A DNA stretch of 38,940 nucleotides from Methanobacteriota archaeon. Its GTDB lineage: Archaea > Thermoplasmatota > Thermoplasmata > SG8-5 > DAIRED01. Shown in pieces: positions 34,608 through 38,940 of the stretch (positions are counted from its first letter, which is position 1; every line of letters starts with the position of its first letter). The DNA lies in contig JAZDNO010000003.1 of NCBI GenBank assembly GCA_043799545.1, positions 1 through 38,940 on the forward strand, read 5' to 3'. The notes beneath the pieces were generated by a model. That model ran no database searches. It was not told the origin of the DNA and saw only the letters and a list, made by a program, of their open reading frames with translations. Position numbers and translations under genes: made by a program.

Positions 34608-37242
34608 CCGCCTCACCCCCATCTCTTCCGACCTTACCAGACTTGCCGTCGCACACCTTCCTCTTCAGCTCGTCCAGCTTCTGCAGCGCCTGGACGGGGG
34701 TCATGTTGTGGATGTCGAGCCCGCGCAGCTCCTCGACGACTGGATGGGCGGCGTGATGCCCCGGCCCGTCGAACAGCACGAGCTGTGTGTAAGTTCGCCC
34801 TTTTCCCGGCTCGCCGCCGCGCTGCGGGGCCGTGGACTCCATCTCGCGCAGCAGCTCCCGCGCCCTCGCCACGACCTCGGGCGGCATGCCAGCCAGCTTC
34901 GCCACCTGGACACCGTAGCTGCGATTCGTCCCGCCCGGTATGACCTTGCGCATGAATACAATATCGTCCGCATCCTCGCGCACCGCGATGTTGTAGTTGA
35001 CCACGCCTGGCAGTAGCCCTTCCAGCCCCGTGAGGTCGTGGTAGTGCGTCGCGAACATCGTCTTGGCGCCGACCTTCTTGCCGTGGACGTACTCGGCCAC
35101 CGCCCAGGCTATGCAGAGGCCGTCGAAGGTCGAGGTTCCCCGGCCAATCTCGTCGAGCAGGATGAGGCTCTTTTTGGTCGCCGAGTGGAGGATGTTCGCC
35201 ACCTCAGTCATCTCGACCATGAAGCTGCTCTGGCCCCTGGCCAGGTCGTCGTACGCCCCGACTCTGGTGAAGATGCGGTCCACGATTCCGACGCTCGCCG
35301 CGCGGGCTGGCACGAAGCTGCCAACCTGAGCCATGTAGCAAACCAGGGCGACCTGGCGCATGAACGTGGACTTGCCGGCCATGTTCGGGCCTGTAATCAT
35401 CATCAGGCGGTTCTTCGTGCAGTCCAGGAGCGCGTCGTTCGGCACGAACTTCTCGCTCAGGGCGAGCTCAACGACTGGATGGCGTCCATCGACAATCTTG
35501 ATGGTCTCTGAGGAATCTACCCTCGGACGGACGTAGCCGTTTCGGTCCGCGACGTGCGCCAGGGAGCACAAGGCGTCGAGCTCGCCCAGCGCGCGAGAGG
35601 TCGCCTGAACTCGCGCGGCCTCCGCGCCCACGGCTTTCCTCAGTTCCGAAAATATCTTTCTCTCCAGCGCGAGGGCGTCCTCCTCCGCCGTCAGCACCTT
35701 TTGCTCGGCCTCCTTCAGCTCCCTCGTCGTGAACCTCTCGCCGTTGGCGATGGTCTGCTTGCGCTCGTAATCCTCCGGAACGCTTTTGAGATTCGGCTTC
35801 GAGACCTCGATGTAGTAGCCGAAGATCCTGGTGAAACCCACCTTGAGGGATTTGACGCCGGTGCGCTCCCTCTCCTTGGCCTCGAACGAGACAATCCATT
35901 CCCGCCCGCCCCGGCTCGCCCTTCGCAGACCGTCCAGCTCGGCGCTGAAGCCAGGTCGCACATAACCGCCGTCGTCCATCGTCGCAGGCGGCTCTTCGCA
36001 CACGGTTCGAGCGATGCGAGCGTCCAGCTCTTCGCAGGGATCTATTCGCCCCGCCAGCTCTCCCACGGCGCCGGTTTTTTCCGCGAGCGCAGAAAGCCCA
36101 TTTCTCAGTTTCTTCGCAGCGCGGAGAGAACTGGCGAGCCCGACCAGCTCACTTGGGCTCGCAGTTCCGAAGCAGGCTCTGCTGACCAATCTGTCCATGT
36201 CTCGCACGTTCGCCAGCGTAGCCCGAAGCTCGTCCCGAGCCGCGAAGCCGGACTTCAACGCTTCCACGGAATCCAGCCTGCGATTGACCTCAACGGGGTC
36301 CAAAAGCGGCTCCTGCAGCCAAGCGCGTAGCGTTCTCGCGCCCGGCGGGCTCTTCGTGTGGTCCAGCGTTTCGAGCAGCGTGCCGTCCCGCCCGCGCTCG
36401 CGGATGTTCTCCAGGATTTCCAGGTTGCGGAGCGTGACCGGGTCGAGGGACATCTTGCCCGAGAGGTCGGAGAACCTGAGCTTCGCGAAGTAGCCTAGCG
36501 CCCCGCGCTGCATCTCCGCGACGTAGGCCAGCGCCGCACCTGCCGCCGCAGCCGCCAAAGGCTTTCCTTCGAGCCCCAGCGCCTCCATACTATCGGCTTT
36601 GAAATGCTCCAGCAGCAGCCATTCGGCCTTCTCGAGCTCGAAGCGCTCCCTGTCGAAGGCATTGATCTTTGCACTGGCCAAGTCCAGCCAGGCCGGGGCC
36701 TTGCCGTCGGGCGTGACGATTTCCGAGGGCCGCCGGAGCGATATCTCCGAGCAGAGCCTCTTCTCCCATCCTGCGCCGCTGGCCTCGGTCACAACCATCT
36801 CTCCTGTCGACGAATCTGCGAAGGCAACGCCCATCCCGCCCTTGCCCGGCGCGAGCGCCAGCAGGTAGTTCGTCACCTTCCCGTCCAGAAGCGAGTCCTC
36901 GATGAGCGTGCCCGGCGTCACGACGCGAACCACCTCACGGCGCACGATTCCCTTGGCGGCGGACGCTTCCTCCATCTGCTCGCAAATCGCCACCTTGTGG
37001 CCCGCGCGGATGAGCTTTCCCAGATAGCTGTCCAGCGCGTGATGGGGAATGCCTGCGAGCGGGACCTTCTCCTTCGCCCCCTTGTCCCTCGAGGTCAGGA
37101 CGATGCCCAAGACCTTGGACGCGACCTTCGCGTCCTCGCCGAACGTCTCGTAGAAGTCGCCGAGGCGGAAGAGCAGCAGGGCGTCTGGATGCTGCGCCTT
37201 TATCGATTCGTACTGTTGGACAAGCGGCGTCTTGGTCGCCAA
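34594..37242 (-). CDS. mutS: DNA mismatch repair protein MutS1
   Basis: TPLVQQY, LFRLGDFYETF, VVRVVTPGT, TGPNMAGKST, DEIGRGTST, FATHYH, SYGVQVA. TTG start at 37242 inferred (the ORF track starts at 37272). Confidence 0.97.
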   Translation of the reverse strand: MATKTPLVQQYESIKAQHPDALLLFRLGDFYETFGEDAKVASKVLGIVLTSRDKGAKEKVPLAGIPHHALDSYLGKLIRAGHKVAICEQMEEASAAKGIVRREVVRVVTPGTLIEDSLLDGKVTNYLLALAPGKGGMGVAFADSSTGEMVVTEASGAGWEKRLCSEISLRRPSEIVTPDGKAPAWLDLASAKINAFDRERFELEKAEWLLLEHFKADSMEALGLEGKPLAAAAAGAALAYVAEMQRGALGYFAKLRFSDLSGKMSLDPVTLRNLEILENIRERGRDGTLLETLDHTKSPPGARTLRAWLQEPLLDPVEVNRRLDSVEALKSGFAARDELRATLANVRDMDRLVSRACFGTASPSELVGLASSLRAAKKLRNGLSALAEKTGAVGELAGRIDPCEELDARIARTVCEEPPATMDDGGYVRPGFSAELDGLRRASRGGREWIVSFEAKERERTGVKSLKVGFTRIFGYYIEVSKPNLKSVPEDYERKQTIANGERFTTRELKEAEQKVLTAEEDALALERKIFSELRKAVGAEAARVQATSRALGELDALCSLAHVADRNGYVRPRVDSSETIKIVDGRHPVVELALSEKFVPNDALLDCTKNRLMMITGPNMAGKSTFMRQVALVCYMAQVGSFVPARAASVGIVDRIFTRVGAYDDLARGQSSFMVEMTEVANILHSATKKSLILLDEIGRGTSTFDGLCIAWAVAEYVHGKKVGAKTMFATHYHDLTGLEGLLPGVVNYNIAVREDADDIVFMRKVIPGGTNRSYGVQVAKLAGMPPEVVARARELLREMESTAPQRGGEPGKGRTYTQLVLFDGPGHHAAHPVVEELRGLDIHNMTPVQALQKLDELKRKVCDGKSGKVGRDGGEADADN

Positions 37243-37341
37243 GCGTCGGGCCCCCCTCTGATGCTGCTCCACCTGAAAAGCACGGCGCTTATAAGGGCTT
37301 TCTCTCGGTGATAAAACAAAAAGGCGCCCGCGCGTGAATAT

Positions 37342-38631
37342 CTATCTCGTTGTTCTGCACCATGCGAGAAAGTCCAAGGCTTCGCGGTAAATCCTGGCAA
37401 CTTCTACGGATTTGTTTCTCCACTCCGACCAGTTCCTGCGATAATCGTGCACTTCCCTTACAATCGTGTGTCCTTCGGGATATCGATGGTAAAACGCCGA
37501 TACGATTTCGCCGTATTTCTTGAGATAGATGCCGTTCTTCAACAATGTATTTCTTGCGCCGCACAACGTGAACCCTATAGAATTCCGCAGCTGCCAGAAA
37601 GGGCTCGCATCCTTATCGCGTTTTAGAAAATCCAGCATCCATGCGGTATTTTCATCGGGCCATGATTTATCCAATTCCGGCAGCTTGATTTCATCTTTGA
37701 AATCCTCCCCTCGAATGAACCTGCCGTAATGCCTGACATCCCAGAGGTTCAAAGGATTGGTCATTTCAACCGGATTGACGAAATTGCTCTTCGTTGTCGT
37801 CATCGGGCAGAACCAGGGGCCCCTGTCCGTTTGATAATATGGATATTTAATGACAATTGTTTTTATCATGGAATCTATTTGTTGAGCGAGGTCAGATGAT
37901 GCTTCCTTGACGATGAGAAATGCATCCACATCGCTCCACCCTGGGATGAAATCGTTTGCCCCCACGCTACCTATGACGATGAAGGAAACGAATTGGTCAT
38001 GGATGTTTTCCTCGCACAAATCGCAGAAATCCTCGATCGATTGCCAGTAGTCTTCTGAGCTCATGCTGCCCCTCGCCTTCTTCAATACCTCGGCAACGTA
38101 TGGAGTTTTTAATTCGGTGTATATCCCTGTCTCAAGATTGGCCTCCATCGCCCATTTCTTCTTTAGCGCAAAGTACCTATCAGCTTCATCCTGGTGTTTC
38201 CGCAGGTAATCGCGAAATTGCACGTGGTCGATATGTTCGCCGCTGCCATGGAACGTTATGTGATAGTGCACGTGCAAGCTTTCTCCTTTGTATTGAAATG
38301 GCCCCGAGATGAAATACCTTTCCGGAAACACACCGAATCCGGGCTTCGGGTTGAATTGGTATCCGTTGGTTTCCAAAGCCTCCACGATGCTCATCATGGA
38401 CTCCTTTTTGGCAATTATCAGGAGGTCAATGACGCCCTTTCCACCCAAACCAACTACTGACGTGCTGCCGATGTGTTCCACTTCGATTGGAAACGGAATG
38501 ATGCTGCAAAGAAAACTCTTGATGTCATTGAATTTGCCAGGTGCAGTCGGGTCGTAGTCCAGCAGTTTGACTTCTTTCACGCGCCTTGTTAGGTTCGCTT
38601 TTTGGTCCGCGCAATCAGTCTTCGCATCCAA
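37342..38631 (-). CDS. GrpB-like domain fused to a second pol-beta-type nucleotidyltransferase domain
   Basis: LLDYDP, EHIGSTSVVGLGGKGVIDLL, HVHYH, FRDYLR, then VIGSVGANDFIPGWSDVDAFLIV and a helical C-terminus. The start could be GTG 38580. Confidence 0.75.
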   Translation of the reverse strand: MDAKTDCADQKANLTRRVKEVKLLDYDPTAPGKFNDIKSFLCSIIPFPIEVEHIGSTSVVGLGGKGVIDLLIIAKKESMMSIVEALETNGYQFNPKPGFGVFPERYFISGPFQYKGESLHVHYHITFHGSGEHIDHVQFRDYLRKHQDEADRYFALKKKWAMEANLETGIYTELKTPYVAEVLKKARGSMSSEDYWQSIEDFCDLCEENIHDQFVSFIVIGSVGANDFIPGWSDVDAFLIVKEASSDLAQQIDSMIKTIVIKYPYYQTDRGPWFCPMTTTKSNFVNPVEMTNPLNLWDVRHYGRFIRGEDFKDEIKLPELDKSWPDENTAWMLDFLKRDKDASPFWQLRNSIGFTLCGARNTLLKNGIYLKKYGEIVSAFYHRYPEGHTIVREVHDYRRNWSEWRNKSVEVARIYREALDFLAWCRTTR

Positions 38632-38701
38632 TCAGTAGCCTCCCGGGTTTCTGTTCAATAGCCTCGATTTCCTCATTTGATGGCTTGCATTCAACAATCA
38701 T
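38615..38701 (-). CDS. Possible 3' end of an upstream gene cut off by the terminal artefact
   Basis: MIVECKPSNEEIEAIEQKPGRLLIGCED* overlaps the GrpB gene start; too short to assign. Confidence 0.25.
   Translation of the reverse strand: MIVECKPSNEEIEAIEQKPGRLLIGCED

Positions 38702-38940
<239 letters not shown>

Noticed and set aside
32929-37311. Numerous plus-strand ORFs of 150-306 aa
   Set aside because: They are shadows of mutL and mutS.

Overview
Mostly a GC-rich archaeal chromosome segment. rps8e, srp19, a CCA-less tRNA-Ala(GGC) and Thermoplasmata-style surface and longin-like domains point to a Thermoplasmata-type euryarchaeon (inference). Left to right: a compositionally foreign methyltransferase-containing ORF; a STAND ATPase-TPR protein coupled to a secreted beta-propeller; rps8e-srp19; DUF211; a cryptic 43-aa Cys-rich ORF; a duplicated tRNA promoter enclosing a long hairpin; tRNA-Ala; a ~4 kb toxin-antitoxin-like island bounded by att-like repeats (decayed AbiE pair, metallophosphoesterase, wHTH + DUF6036-type nucleotidyltransferase pair, second AbiEi remnant); a complete-looking cyanophycin operon (cphB-cphA); an RNase J-like MBL hydrolase; a minimal A24-like peptidase; a radA-like/small helical protein/polB2 operon; a 1022-aa coiled-coil protein with two zinc ribbons; a wHTH protein; an AT-rich 2436-aa surface protein; mutS-mutL; a GrpB + second nucleotidyltransferase fusion; and a homopolymeric artefact at the right end. 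Top leads: the archaeal cyanophycin operon, the tRNA-Ala locus (promoter duplication, hairpin RNA, att-like repeats, TA island) and a candidate damage-inducible, PCNA-linked PolB2 mutasome. No CRISPR array, integrase or transposase was seen. All family calls come from motif recognition by eye, not database searches. GC statements are visual estimates.
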